Below, one piece after another: positions 37,926 to 48,201 of a DNA stretch of 64,000 nt (positions are counted from its first letter, which is position 1; every line of letters begins with the position of its first letter). The stretch is taken from the NCBI GenBank assembly GCA_004431415.1, contig QPMI01000157.1, positions 202,016 to 266,015 on the forward strand, read 5' to 3'. The translations under genes were made by a program, and so were the position numbers. Source of the stretch: Cyanophora paradoxa CCMP329 (lineage: Eukaryota; Plantae; Glaucophyta). The notes beneath the pieces were generated by a model. It worked only from the letters and a program-made list of their open reading frames with translations, was not told where the DNA came from and ran no database searches.

Positions 37926-37977
37926 TCTGTTTAATAAAGCATTTTAAAAATTTCTTTTGGTATTTTAAACATAAGAG
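37926..37977. promoter_or_regulatory. 52-bp AT-rich divergent penton/MCP promoter region, identical to 45209-45260
   Basis: The only sequence between two divergent ATGs; identical in both elements. Confidence 0.6.
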
Positions 37978-39204
37978 ATGGCACTCACTGGAACTACCCT
38001 TAAGGAACTCCTCGTTACTCCCGGTTCTGATCAAATTTATCTTTCCCCTGGTCTCCAAATCGGAACCAACCCCAAGTACAAACCATTCCTCGAGCAAGTT
38101 CGTCCCCGAGGCAATACTTTTGGCTTTAAGAATACCGCTTACTTTGATCTACCTCGCAAGCAACTCCTTGCTGGTGTTTCGCTCTATTTCAAGATTGCCA
38201 CTGGTGGTGGTGTAGCCTGCACCCTCCCTAATGGTGGTTCTTCCTTTATTAATGAGGTCCGCTTTGTTCATGGTGGTTTCAAGTATATCATCCCTGGTGA
38301 CTGGATTACTGTTAACGCTCTGATTGATAATGATCATGCTACAATGAGCAGCATGTATGCTTCTCTCGGTTACTTCAAAGAACTTGATCGTGAAAGCACA
38401 GATGAGGCTATGGAATACATCGTTAAAATCCCGGCTGCTTTCTGGGATGATGCCTATTTTCCACTATGCACTCTGGCTGATATGCCAACAATCGAGGTTG
38501 ATTTCCGTGATGCTGCAATTGTCAAAGTTCCTGCCGGTGGATCTGTTACCTTTTCAGATTGCTCCCTGATCTGTCAATTCGTAAACATCGCTTCGGCTGA
38601 GGCTGAGACACTTTTGAAAATGGCAAATGAACAAGGTGGCATTCGCATTCCGATCACAGAGGTCATCCACAAGAAGACACGAGCGCTCAAAACCGCTGAT
38701 GCTGGTGAATCGGTTGAGGTTACACTCGCTAATGTTTCCGGACTGGTTCATTCAATTCTCATGACTGTTCGAGAGGTGAACAAACTAAATACCTACACTC
38801 ACTCGGATTTCTGTGGTCATGTATCGGATGTTAAGATCGATCAGTTCCAGATCTTCCACAACAATCGCTCCCTCGATATCTCCAACAAACCCATTTCTGG
38901 TTTCCTCTCGGCTATCAATCACATTCCTTCTCATTACAAGGGTGTTACTGTTGGCAATACTACTTATGGATTCGAGAATGGAAATATTTACGGAATCGTT
39001 CTTTCCAAATCTGGAAAAGATTCGCTTCGGAACAGTGTTATGGGTTACCAGGATTTCTTCAACAGCAGTTCCAGTTACATGGATCTCACTGTTTCGGGAT
39101 GCACTGATGCTGCTCCTGTTCAGGTTGATATCTATGCCCTACGACACAATGTTATGGTCCTAAATGGCTACAACATCTCTACCCTGAAAGTCTCGAACTT
39201 CTAA
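37978..39204 (+). CDS. Major capsid protein (double jelly-roll type), inner copy
   Basis: 408 aa, beta-rich; FINEVRFVHGG, IPAAF..YFPLCTL..IEVDF, DIYALRHNVMVLNG; lies between penton and ATPase. Confidence 0.82.
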   Translation: MALTGTTLKELLVTPGSDQIYLSPGLQIGTNPKYKPFLEQVRPRGNTFGFKNTAYFDLPRKQLLAGVSLYFKIATGGGVACTLPNGGSSFINEVRFVHGGFKYIIPGDWITVNALIDNDHATMSSMYASLGYFKELDRESTDEAMEYIVKIPAAFWDDAYFPLCTLADMPTIEVDFRDAAIVKVPAGGSVTFSDCSLICQFVNIASAEAETLLKMANEQGGIRIPITEVIHKKTRALKTADAGESVEVTLANVSGLVHSILMTVREVNKLNTYTHSDFCGHVSDVKIDQFQIFHNNRSLDISNKPISGFLSAINHIPSHYKGVTVGNTTYGFENGNIYGIVLSKSGKDSLRNSVMGYQDFFNSSSSYMDLTVSGCTDAAPVQVDIYALRHNVMVLNGYNISTLKVSNF

Positions 39205-39350
39205 GCGCGGTTTCGCCCGCGCGCAACGACCGAAGGAAGTAGATTCTTTTCTTTCGTTAGAGTAGGAAGCGCAAAAGTAGTAGGGTCGGCATGACAAGCA
39301 TGCCTTGCATGCGCTAAGGGGTTTATTTTGTTTTTTATCTTATTACTGTA

Positions 39351-40116
39351 ATGGATAACACAGGAATGGATATTGATTTGAACGACATCCCAGAGTTTGA
39401 GCCTGCAAGAACAGTAAAGTTAAGCACGCGTTTTTTACTTTGCGGGCGCAGCAACTCGGGAAAAACAACCTACTGCAAATATCTACTTTATGAACTGAGG
39501 GATAAGATCGATCAGATTGTAGTTTTTAGTTCTACTGCATTTACAGGTCAGTTCAGAGATATAACGCATCCTGATAATATCTATGAGGAATGGACGATAA
39601 TGTAGTAGTGAAACTCATTAGCATGCAAAAGAAACGAATTGAAAATAATGAAAAACGCAACAATCTTGTTATTATACTTGATGATATGATCGGTTCCAAT
39701 TTAGATATGCATAATTCGGCTGTGTTATCTAAACTGATCACGACAGCCGTCATTATTCGATTACAGTAATTATTAATACTCAACGTTTATGCTCTATTTC
39801 TACTACAATTCGTCGAAATGTTGAGTTCGTAGTATTTTTCAATATTCTTGGGAATGAGAAGGAGTTTAACTGCGCTTATGATGAGTATAATGGGGGTCTT
39901 GATAAAAAGACCTACAAAGAGTTACATAAAATGTGGGGTTACAATTACCAAACAGTCATAACTGGATTGCAAGGGTATGATATCAAAGTATACACAGACC
40001 GCGCAATATTAACAGATGATGATATGAAAGGCTTTAAGAAGTTTGTTAAGAGACGAGCGATAAAAAAGAGAGAATCAATACGAGTTAGTAATGAACCCAC
40101 AACAATAACGGTTTAG
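39351..40116 (+). CDS. A32/FtsK-like packaging ATPase, inner copy (frameshifted)
   Basis: GRSNSGKT, IILDDMIG; homologue of 46567-47325. Confidence 0.85.
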
Positions 40117-40137
40117 ATAACAAGGAATGTTTGAAAC

Positions 40138-40431
40138 TCATTTCGTGTCCATTGCGTTTTTCAAAATCAATTTCCTACGTAATTTACAGCGTGTATGGTT
40201 TACATCGTGTCTTTTTTCTAATATTTGTGAGTATTGGTGTGTGTTCATAGTTTCCATGGTAGATAAGAAGCCTTTCATAAGATTTGTTTTATATTTGCTT
40301 GGTAGTTTGTTAACATTTAAACCAGCACTATTAGCGGTTTTCTCAATCAATTTGCTTAATTGTTGCTCATCTGGAATTATGGGCATATCTTGAAGAATCT
40401 CTTCAACATCTTCTGGTATTATGGTGGTCAT
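40138..40431 (-). CDS. Hypothetical 97-aa protein unique to the inner element
   Basis: ATG-initiated ORF filling the gap between ATPase and TIR. Confidence 0.5.
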   Translation of the reverse strand: MTTIIPEDVEEILQDMPIIPDEQQLSKLIEKTANSAGLNVNKLPSKYKTNLMKGFLSTMETMNTHQYSQILEKRHDVNHTRCKLRRKLILKNAMDTK

Positions 40432-40544
40432 TTACAGATCGATATGGTTAATTTAAAAACAGTCGTCATTTTTTTGGATCGGTCAAAATTTGATTACGTT
40501 TAAAATTGATATAACTTCGATTGAATATAACTAATCGAGATATT

Positions 40545-40922
40545 GATATAACTTCGATTAAATATAATTAATCGAGATAATGATATAACTTCGATAAATA
40601 AGATTTAAGATATAACTTCGATAAATTCGATTTTTGTTACTGAGGCTTACTGAGATTTAGTGAGATTTGGAATTGGGTTACTGTGAATGGTTTGTTTTTC
40701 TTGGGAATTGTTTTGGAGACACGGCGCATAAAAAAGATATAACTGCGATAAGATATAATTAATCGAGATTATGATATAACGTCGATTAATTAAATTTTTG
40801 TTACTGAGGCTTACTGAGATTTACTGATATTCAAGATTGGGTTACTGGGAATGGTTTGTTTTCTGATTTGTTTTTGATTTTTTCGCGGGTATTTTTTTGG
40901 AGACACGGCGCAGTGCTGAGCT
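40545..40922 (-). repeat. Inner element right TIR (373 bp plus 5 extra terminal nt)
   Basis: Ends GGAGACACGGCGCAGTGCTGAGCT, followed by ACAGA. Confidence 0.93.
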
Positions 40923-42677
40923 ACAGATGTAGCAAGCAACAGAATCTCTGTAATCCTCTTTGTGCCATTGTTCCATAACCATTGGGGCAACATGTCTAAG
41001 CTTCTCAAGTAAATCGGATTCAATCGTTTTCAGTGTCTCCATAAAGTGCTGTGTAACCTCATCATCGTTCTCTGGGTTCTCCTTTCGATACAATACCTGT
41101 TTGATAATCTCATCGTTGTGGATAACCATGATTTTGTATCCACTGGGAATGTGTTTCTGGTAGACTGCAGTGTTTTCACCTCGTGTCTCATCCACCTTTT
41201 GCAATATACATTCAAAGTCAGCAACAACAAACATTGGATGCCATACAGTCTTGTCAACATGTCTCTTTGGGTCCCACTTGGTCTTAGATCCGCTTGGTGG
41301 CATTGTGTCAACTGTTGCATTTGGTCGATCGTAACACTTGTTGTGTTTAATGTGGGTCTCCAATACCGTTTCACTGGTGAACCCTCTCAAACAAGCTTTA
41401 CAGAAATGGCGAGTTCCATGGTGCGAATTGGATATTAACCTTGACATGCTAGAAATGTAACCATAGTGGGTTTTTTCGTTGACAGTCCACAGAAGAATGT
41501 CAATTGTAAGATGTTGTTTAGATGGATCCTTACAGATATGGACTGGAACGATATGTGATCGATCGACCATATACACATTGATTGGTCGACCAATCATTTT
41601 TGATGCTCGTTCGTACTGACGAGGATCATTCTTGAATGGGAACTCAAACTTATTCCAATTGAACTCATTCTCATACTTCTTGTATCGCTTTACATCGTAT
41701 CGGTGTTTATGAGATAGCTCATGTTGATGTAGTCCAATAGTTACCGCCCATGCGAAACATTTATTATCTTTGTTCTGTGGATTAATCACAGCTTTACGCT
41801 TTTTTATTCCTGGTGGGAGGTCAATATAGGAGCTACCTGCGAGTGGCTGATAAGTAAGAATCTGCAAGCGAACTGTTAAGATGTTTTCTAGCTTCCAACT
41901 ATCAGGTGAAGTGAGAACCTCCTGCAATGCATCAATTGATTCATCAACAGTATCAACAATCTCTTGATCATTGACAAGAAGGTAGAATGGGGTGGTCCAT
42001 TGCATGGTTCTTATTTCTCCAGTTGCCACTTTCACATATCTCGCCATGCTGTAGAGGTTATACTTAATACCTCGTCTGTTACGAAGAGCATCTCGAAAAC
42101 GATTGTAGAAGGCATCCCAACCAACAACCTTATCGATAAACTCATGGGCAGAAGCGATTTTATTTTTGGTCTGGTTCCTCCAAGTTACTTCACTCACGAG
42201 ATTATTCATAGCCTGCATTACCTCTGCCTCCTCTCGTTGTCTCTTCTCATCCTCTCTCTGCTGTTTTGCCTCCTTTGCTCTTTGCTCCTTAGACTTCTGC
42301 TTCTCCACATTCTTAGCGGTTCTTCCTGCTTTCTTCTGCTTCTTTTGCTGCTTCCTTTCAGCTCTCTTGTCTCGTTTTTCAGCGATCCTCTCTGCTTTGG
42401 TCTTCTTATTTCCACCTTCAATAGCCTCAATGTTACCGAATCTCTCGATTTCATCCTGCTCATTCAGTCTGCCCTCACCCCTGGCAATAATACCATCAAT
42501 TGTATCGCTTATGTCCTTCAGACCAGCAGATCGAAGTCTCTTAATGAAGGCAAAGTAACCCAATGCGTTAAATTGCTCTTCATTTATGATTCCGGCACCA
42601 AGAAGGTAACCAAGCTTTGCTAGCATTCCTTGTCTCTTTCTCGCATTCTGAATACTTACTGCGCGAGGCATTTTCAC
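40923..42677 (-). CDS. polB: Protein-primed PolB, N-terminal part
   Basis: GSSYIDLP..KAVINPQNKDNKCFAWAV, CKAC..H zinc finger and ExoI VADFECIL. It ends ACYIC, which joins GDEF at the 29252 side in frame once the insert and one TSD copy are removed (~1,340 aa in total). Confidence 0.9.
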
Positions 42678-42903
42678 TTTTATATATACTCTATATTTTA
42701 TTTCCTTAAGTCATTTTATACTCGCGTCAAATTTTACCGGCAAAACCAAAAGTCTCCAACAAAATAAATTCAGTCGAGGGCATTTATAAAAATAACAAAG
42801 GGTTGGCTCGATCATCGAACTCTAAAAATAACAGAAAGATTTATAGTTTTGCTTCCAGCGCGGTTTCCGCGGGTTCTCAGAGCAATCGCGCTGAGAAAAA
42901 CGA

Positions 42904-43167
42904 TTAACAAGCATTAACGTACTTTGATGGACGTCCACGGTTGGTACGAGGAACGTCAAATAGATACTTTACATAGAGAATGGTGTTATTTACATATTGA
43001 GCCTTGCATGAAGTCATTATGTGAGCTTGTCTGAATTCTTCATCATTGTTATAGAGTTCGTTCCATTTTGCATTGCGTTTCTCATTAATCCTAGCAAGCG
43101 CTAACATACCCTTTTCTGTTTTACGGTAGCGGTAAGTTGCTTTCTTTTGGGCTTCTGTGATCGTCAT
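42904..43167 (-). CDS. Small basic protein (outer copy)
   Basis: ITEAQKKATYRYRKTEKG...NRGRPSKY. Confidence 0.8.
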   Translation of the reverse strand: MTITEAQKKATYRYRKTEKGMLALARINEKRNAKWNELYNNDEEFRQAHIMTSCKAQYVNNTILYVKYLFDVPRTNRGRPSKYVNAC

Positions 43168-43254
43168 TCTTGTCCTTTCTGCTCTCTTAATATATGTTAA
43201 GAAATCTTTAAGTAGTTTTTATGTCGTGTATATATTCTTTGTGAGAACCCAATC

Positions 43255-43506
43255 AAATTTTGGTCCCAATCGCATTGCATCCAGTTCGAAAGAAGATGCT
43301 GGAAAAATGATAAAGCCACCGATACCCAAAAAGGTTCACTTGTCGGCTGCAAGTTTCTACCACTGAACCCGGTAGAACGGGTGATTAAAGTGATTTACCT
43401 ATGGATATTTCACTTCGCTCTACAACGCCTTCCATAAAAATGAAAAAGTGTTTGAGCCTACGGGATAAGATTTGTTACGTAGCGCTAACAATGTTCAAGA
43501 TTTTTT
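43255..43506. ncRNA. Candidate structured non-coding element (outer copy)
   Basis: See inner copy. Confidence 0.35.
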
Positions 43507-43523
43507 AAATTCGGAAATGATCC

Positions 43524-44285
43524 TTAACGGCGATAACCAGGTCTAATACCAAGCTTGGCAAACCCTGAGACCATAGGGGCAGCATTTGGAATCGAGTTGA
43601 CTGGGTCAGCCTGCGAAGTGGCAACTCGAAGGATCGATTTATTGAGGACCGGCAAATCCGTTTTGTTGGAGTCTTGGTAATCGATTGTCTTCGCAATCAA
43701 TTCGGTTGGTGATTCTTTTACAACTTGAACAGGTTCAGGGATTACTTCATGGGTTACCTCTGGTTTCTTCTCCACCTTCTCCTTTGTGATTGGCTGTTCC
43801 TTGATCTTGTTTTCGTTTTTGGTCTCTGCTGCAATGCCATCAACAAGACTCTTCGCATACTGGTATGTCACAGATTTCAGTCCACCAGTGGTTGACCGAA
43901 TAAAGTAGCGGTTGCGATGGTCTTTCTCGGAATAGGTTGAGTAGAGTCGTTCACCACCATCAAGCAGTTTCAGCAGTGTCGATGATGAGGCAACCTTGTC
44001 CTTTGTGGATGATTTGAACTGTCCTTTCTTGATTCCTCGTTTCGCTCCGGGCATGCGGTTCAGTGGGACTTGGTCAACCAGGGCATTGTCATCATTGCTG
44101 TTTTTTGTAGTGGCTTGGGTGAATTGGTTTCGTTCTTTATGGACTTCTTTATCGAGGTCACCAGTTCCGTATGCAGCGATTCCCTTCGATTTCTTATACC
44201 AGTTCCTTCCATTCTCACCATTGCCAACATCCGCTTCAGTGGCTGGTTTGGCTAAGAAATTCTTCGGCTGAGTCTTGCGAGCCAT
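43524..44285 (-). CDS. Basic 253-aa hypothetical protein (possible virion core protein), outer copy
   Basis: Intact Lys-rich ORF conserved in both elements, downstream of the penton. Confidence 0.75.
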   Translation of the reverse strand: MARKTQPKNFLAKPATEADVGNGENGRNWYKKSKGIAAYGTGDLDKEVHKERNQFTQATTKNSNDDNALVDQVPLNRMPGAKRGIKKGQFKSSTKDKVASSSTLLKLLDGGERLYSTYSEKDHRNRYFIRSTTGGLKSVTYQYAKSLVDGIAAETKNENKIKEQPITKEKVEKKPEVTHEVIPEPVQVVKESPTELIAKTIDYQDSNKTDLPVLNKSILRVATSQADPVNSIPNAAPMVSGFAKLGIRPGYRR

Positions 44286-44321
44286 TTGTAATATTGAAAC
44301 AAAATTATTCTACAGTATTTC

Positions 44322-45208
44322 CTATGACCGTGAGAATGGCAGGTAGAGTCCCTCCAACTCTTTAATGACATTCTTCAATGCTTTCTTTGTCAGATCTTTA
44401 TCATCTTCAGTAATGAGTTCAAGAGTCATCGACCAGTCGGTAGTAATGTCTGCTGTGGCTCCATTCCAGTAAGAAAGTCTCACATCTAGAGTCTCAACCT
44501 CAACCAAGCCATTCTGCTCGTGAACGATCATGGAATTATTCGATGAATCATATTTTAATAGACTGCCAACCGTTTGGTCAATCTCAATTTTTGCGATAGC
44601 ATTGTTATCTCGTTTGTTATTGCTCACATATCTTCCTTTCAGTGGATCAACATGAAGAAGCAAATAGGAATTAAATAGTAGATCTAATGGCATTTCACTA
44701 TCAATGTAGTGAGCATAAGTAAAGGCTCCAACTGTGACATTAGATGATAGAGGACTCGATTGGTACAGTGTGTTAGCATTTTCAAAACCACAGAAATTGG
44801 CTAAGAGTTGAGTGTTCATAGTGATTGAGAATGGAACCTCACACATGAACCTTAGAAGCAATGTTGTGGGATCATAGGTTACATAGAAATGGCGAGTGTA
44901 AGTTCCGCCACCCGCTTGATTATAGGGCTGGGATCCAATGCGAGCGATCAGATAATTCACCAGTGAATCCGGTGTATATGCACCTCGGAGGACTTCGTTG
45001 TTTCTATTCTTTGGGTTCCCAGCATTATCGAGTGTTTGTGTGGTGAGGGTTCCTACTTCAGAGAGGTTGTAAAGATTGTGAAACATCTCAAAGTTCGTTA
45101 CTCGACAGGCTCTGACCTTTTGGATTGCATAAGGGAGTCTGTATGTGAAATTAGTTGGGGTTCCATCCGATCGGTCCTGGAATCAATATTGAGATAGTAA
45201 CGCGTCAT
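44322..45208 (-). CDS. Minor capsid (penton)-like protein, outer copy (one frameshift near the start)
   Basis: MTRYYLNIDSR...FEMFHNLYNL...DWSMTLEL. Confidence 0.75.
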
Positions 45209-45260
45209 TCTGTTTAATAAAGCATTTTAAAAATTTCTTTTGGTATTTTAAACATAAGAG

Positions 45261-46487
45261 ATGGCACTCACTGGAACTACCCTGAAGGAACTCCTCGTAA
45301 CTCCCGGTTCCGATCAAATTTATCTTTCCCCTGGTCTCCAAATCGGAACCAACCCCAAATACAAACCATTCCTCGAGCAAGTTCGTCCCCGAGGCAACAC
45401 TTTTGGCTTCAAGAATACCGCTTACTTTGATCTACCTCGCAAGCAACTCCTTGCTGGTGTTTCGCTCTATTTCAAGATTGCCACTGGTGGTGGTGTAGCC
45501 TGCACCCTCCCCAATGGTGGTTCTTCTTTTATTAATGAGGTCCGTTTCGTTCATGGTGGTTTCAAGTATATTATCCCTGGTGATTGGATCACTGTAAACG
45601 CCCTGGTCGATAATGATCACGCTACCATGAGCAGCATGTATGCTTCTCTCGGTTACTTCAAAGAGACAGATCGTGAAAGCACAGATGAAGCAATGGAATA
45701 CATCGTTAGAATCCCCGCTGCTTTCTGGGATGATGCTTACTTTCCATTATGTACGCTGGCGGATATGCCAACGATTGAGGTGGATTTCCGTGATGCTGGG
45801 ATAGTCAAAGTTCCTGCCGGTGGATCTGTTACCTTTGCGGATTGCTCCCTGATCTGCCAATTCGTAAACATCGCTTCGGCTGAGGCTGAGACACTCCTAA
45901 AGATGGCAAACGAACAAGGTGGCATTCGCATCCCGATCACAGAGGTCATTCACAAGAAGACCCGAGCGCTCAAAACCGCTGATGCTGGTGAATCTGTTGA
46001 GGTTACACTCGCTAATGTTTCTGGTCTGGTTCACTCGATTCTGATGACTGTTCGAGAGGTGAACAAACTTAACACCTACACTCACTCGGATTTCTGCGGT
46101 CATGAATCTGCTGTTAAGATTGATCAGTTCCAGATCTTCCACAACAATCGCTCCCTGGATATATCTAACAAACCCATTTCCGGTTTCCTCTCTGCTGTCA
46201 ATCACATTCCTTCTCACTACAAGGGTGTTACTGTGGGCAATACCACGTACGGATTCGAGTCTGGAAATGTTTATGGAATTGTTCTTTCCAAGTCCGGAAA
46301 AGATTCGCTTCGGAACTCGGTTATGGGTTACCAGGATTTCTTCAACAGCAGCTCGAGTTACATGGATCTCACTGTTTCGGGATGCACTGATGCTGCTCCT
46401 GTTCAGGTTGACATCTATGCCCTACGACACAATGTTATGGTCCTAAATGGCTACAACATCTCTACCCTGAAAGTCTCGAACTTCTAA
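45261..46487 (+). CDS. Major capsid protein, outer copy
   Basis: 408 aa; 10 substitutions relative to the inner copy. Confidence 0.82.
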   Translation: MALTGTTLKELLVTPGSDQIYLSPGLQIGTNPKYKPFLEQVRPRGNTFGFKNTAYFDLPRKQLLAGVSLYFKIATGGGVACTLPNGGSSFINEVRFVHGGFKYIIPGDWITVNALVDNDHATMSSMYASLGYFKETDRESTDEAMEYIVRIPAAFWDDAYFPLCTLADMPTIEVDFRDAGIVKVPAGGSVTFADCSLICQFVNIASAEAETLLKMANEQGGIRIPITEVIHKKTRALKTADAGESVEVTLANVSGLVHSILMTVREVNKLNTYTHSDFCGHESAVKIDQFQIFHNNRSLDISNKPISGFLSAVNHIPSHYKGVTVGNTTYGFESGNVYGIVLSKSGKDSLRNSVMGYQDFFNSSSSYMDLTVSGCTDAAPVQVDIYALRHNVMVLNGYNISTLKVSNF

Positions 46488-46566
46488 AGTTCTTTTCTTT
46501 CGTTAGAGTAGGAAGCGCAAAATTAGTAGGTAAGGGGTTTATTTTGTTTTTTATCTTATTACTGTA

Positions 46567-47325
46567 ATGGATAACACAGTAAACTTAGATGATATTCCGG
46601 AGTTCGATCCGAGTAAGACAGTTCGAATCCCAACGAGAATTTTAAATGTTGGTCGCTCCAATACAGGTAAGACAATGTTTACAAAATACTTACTTTACGA
46701 GCTTCGTGACAAGATAGATCAGATTGTAATATTTAGTTCCACAGCTTTTACTGGGCAATTCAATGACATCACCCATCCAGATAACATCTATGAGGAATGG
46801 GATGATAACATTGTTTTGAGATTGATCAGTATGCAAAAGAAACGAATCGAGAACAATGAGAAACGAAATAACTTAGTAATCATACTCGATGACATGATAG
46901 GTTCCAATTTGGATATGCATAATTCGGCTGTGTTATCTAAATTGGTCACGAGCGGCCGCCATTATTCAATTTCTGTGATATTTAATGTTCAGCGTTTATG
47001 CTCAATTTCTACTACCATTCGTCGTAATGTGGAGTTCGTTGTATTTTTCAATATACTTGGGAATGAAAAGGAATTCAATTGCGCCTTTGATGAGTACAAT
47101 GGTGGAATGGATAAGAAGACCTACAAGGAATTGCATAGACTATGGGGTTATAATTACCAAACTGTCATAGCTAGCCTGCAAGGTTATGATATCAAGACCT
47201 ATACTGATAGAGCAGTACTAACTGATGATGATATAAAGGGCTTTAAGAAGTTTGTGAAGAGAAAAGCAATTAAAAGGGGTCAGATGGCTCGGATCCAACG
47301 AGAAATGACCACAATCAGTGTGTGA
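46567..47325 (+). CDS. A32/FtsK-like packaging ATPase, outer copy
   Basis: Walker A GRSNTGKT, Walker B IILDD, GRHY, IRRN. Confidence 0.9.
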   Translation: MDNTVNLDDIPEFDPSKTVRIPTRILNVGRSNTGKTMFTKYLLYELRDKIDQIVIFSSTAFTGQFNDITHPDNIYEEWDDNIVLRLISMQKKRIENNEKRNNLVIILDDMIGSNLDMHNSAVLSKLVTSGRHYSISVIFNVQRLCSISTTIRRNVEFVVFFNILGNEKEFNCAFDEYNGGMDKKTYKELHRLWGYNYQTVIASLQGYDIKTYTDRAVLTDDDIKGFKKFVKRKAIKRGQMARIQREMTTISV

Positions 47326-47568
47326 AAGGACGATTTGTGAGAAATATTGTATGGCAAGGTAGCTTGAAATAATACGATGATTACGTAGTTGCGTAGAGCT
47401 TAACAAGCGCTTCAAAACGCTATGCAAAACGTTGCGAGTTGACCATCTGGTGGTGAGATACAAGCGTTTGAAGATGCCGATAATCGATTTACCGAAACTT
47501 CGGTGAAACGTGAGCGAAACTTGAACCTTGTGAGATCATATACCCTACTACGGTTTATTCCCCGGGTT

Positions 47569-47643
47569 TTCATGGCGCATTTTATGGCGCATTTTATGGC
47601 GCATTTTATGGTGCATTTTATGGCGCAATTTATGGCGCATTTA
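47569..47643. repeat. Tandem 12-bp repeat (TTTATGGCGCAT) x6
   Basis: Read directly; followed by ATATCACAT/ATCTCACAT repeats at ~47715-47794. Confidence 0.9.
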
Positions 47644-48201
47644 ATGAAAAATCACTACTCTGTGGCATGGACCAATAGAAATTGAGCAAAGTAAACATTT
47701 AATTTATAACTTTTATATCACATTATATCTCACATAGAATCTCACATATAATATCACATTTTATCTCACATTTAATATCACATTTTATCTCACATCGAAA
47801 CCTGGGGAGAAGTTGAAGGGGATACATTGAAAGTCAGTGAGCCAATCAGATTGCGTCACACATATATATACATATACATCATGACAATATACACATCGCC
47901 GTGATCGTCATAATCTCCCGAGTCACGTGGTATGTCATATATATTATATACATATGCATCGTCATTATGACGTCATATATATATATATCACATATACACA
48001 AATAGATATGTTATAGGTATGACCATAAATCGATTTTCTATGATATATATCGTATATACTATATTGATATAGTGACGTATATACGATTAAAAAGCAATTA
48101 CAATTCTATTGTTTTTATTGTCTTTTCTATCGTTGTTTCTAGTGTAAAAAATACAGTAAAAAACCGTTCAAAAAATACAGTAAAAAATTAGAGGTTTTAA
48201 A

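Larger units (their letters stand above)
29253..40922. mobile_element. Inner (nested) endogenous Polinton-like virus, PolB-SF1 helicase type, 11,670 bp
   Basis: 373-bp TIRs; 5'-AG...CT-3' ends; TSD ACAGA (29248-29252 and 40923-40927); its own integrase, MCP, penton and ATPase. Confidence 0.95.

Noticed and set aside
26970-45208. Frameshifts as evidence of old pseudogenes or programmed frameshifting
   Set aside because: The cases checked (~27065, ~27440, ~45175) are single-base losses in homopolymer runs and the TIRs are near-perfect. Long-read consensus error is more likely; raw reads are needed to decide.
35400-47325. Duplicated capsid module as an assembly artefact or tandem duplication
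   Set aside because: The copies are diverged, and the inner one is bounded by its own TIRs and a TSD whose removal restores pPolB.
47569-47794. CRISPR-like array or the MAHF-repeat ORF 47503-47685
   Set aside because: Contiguous tandem repeats without spacers; the ORF is a by-product of the 12-bp period.
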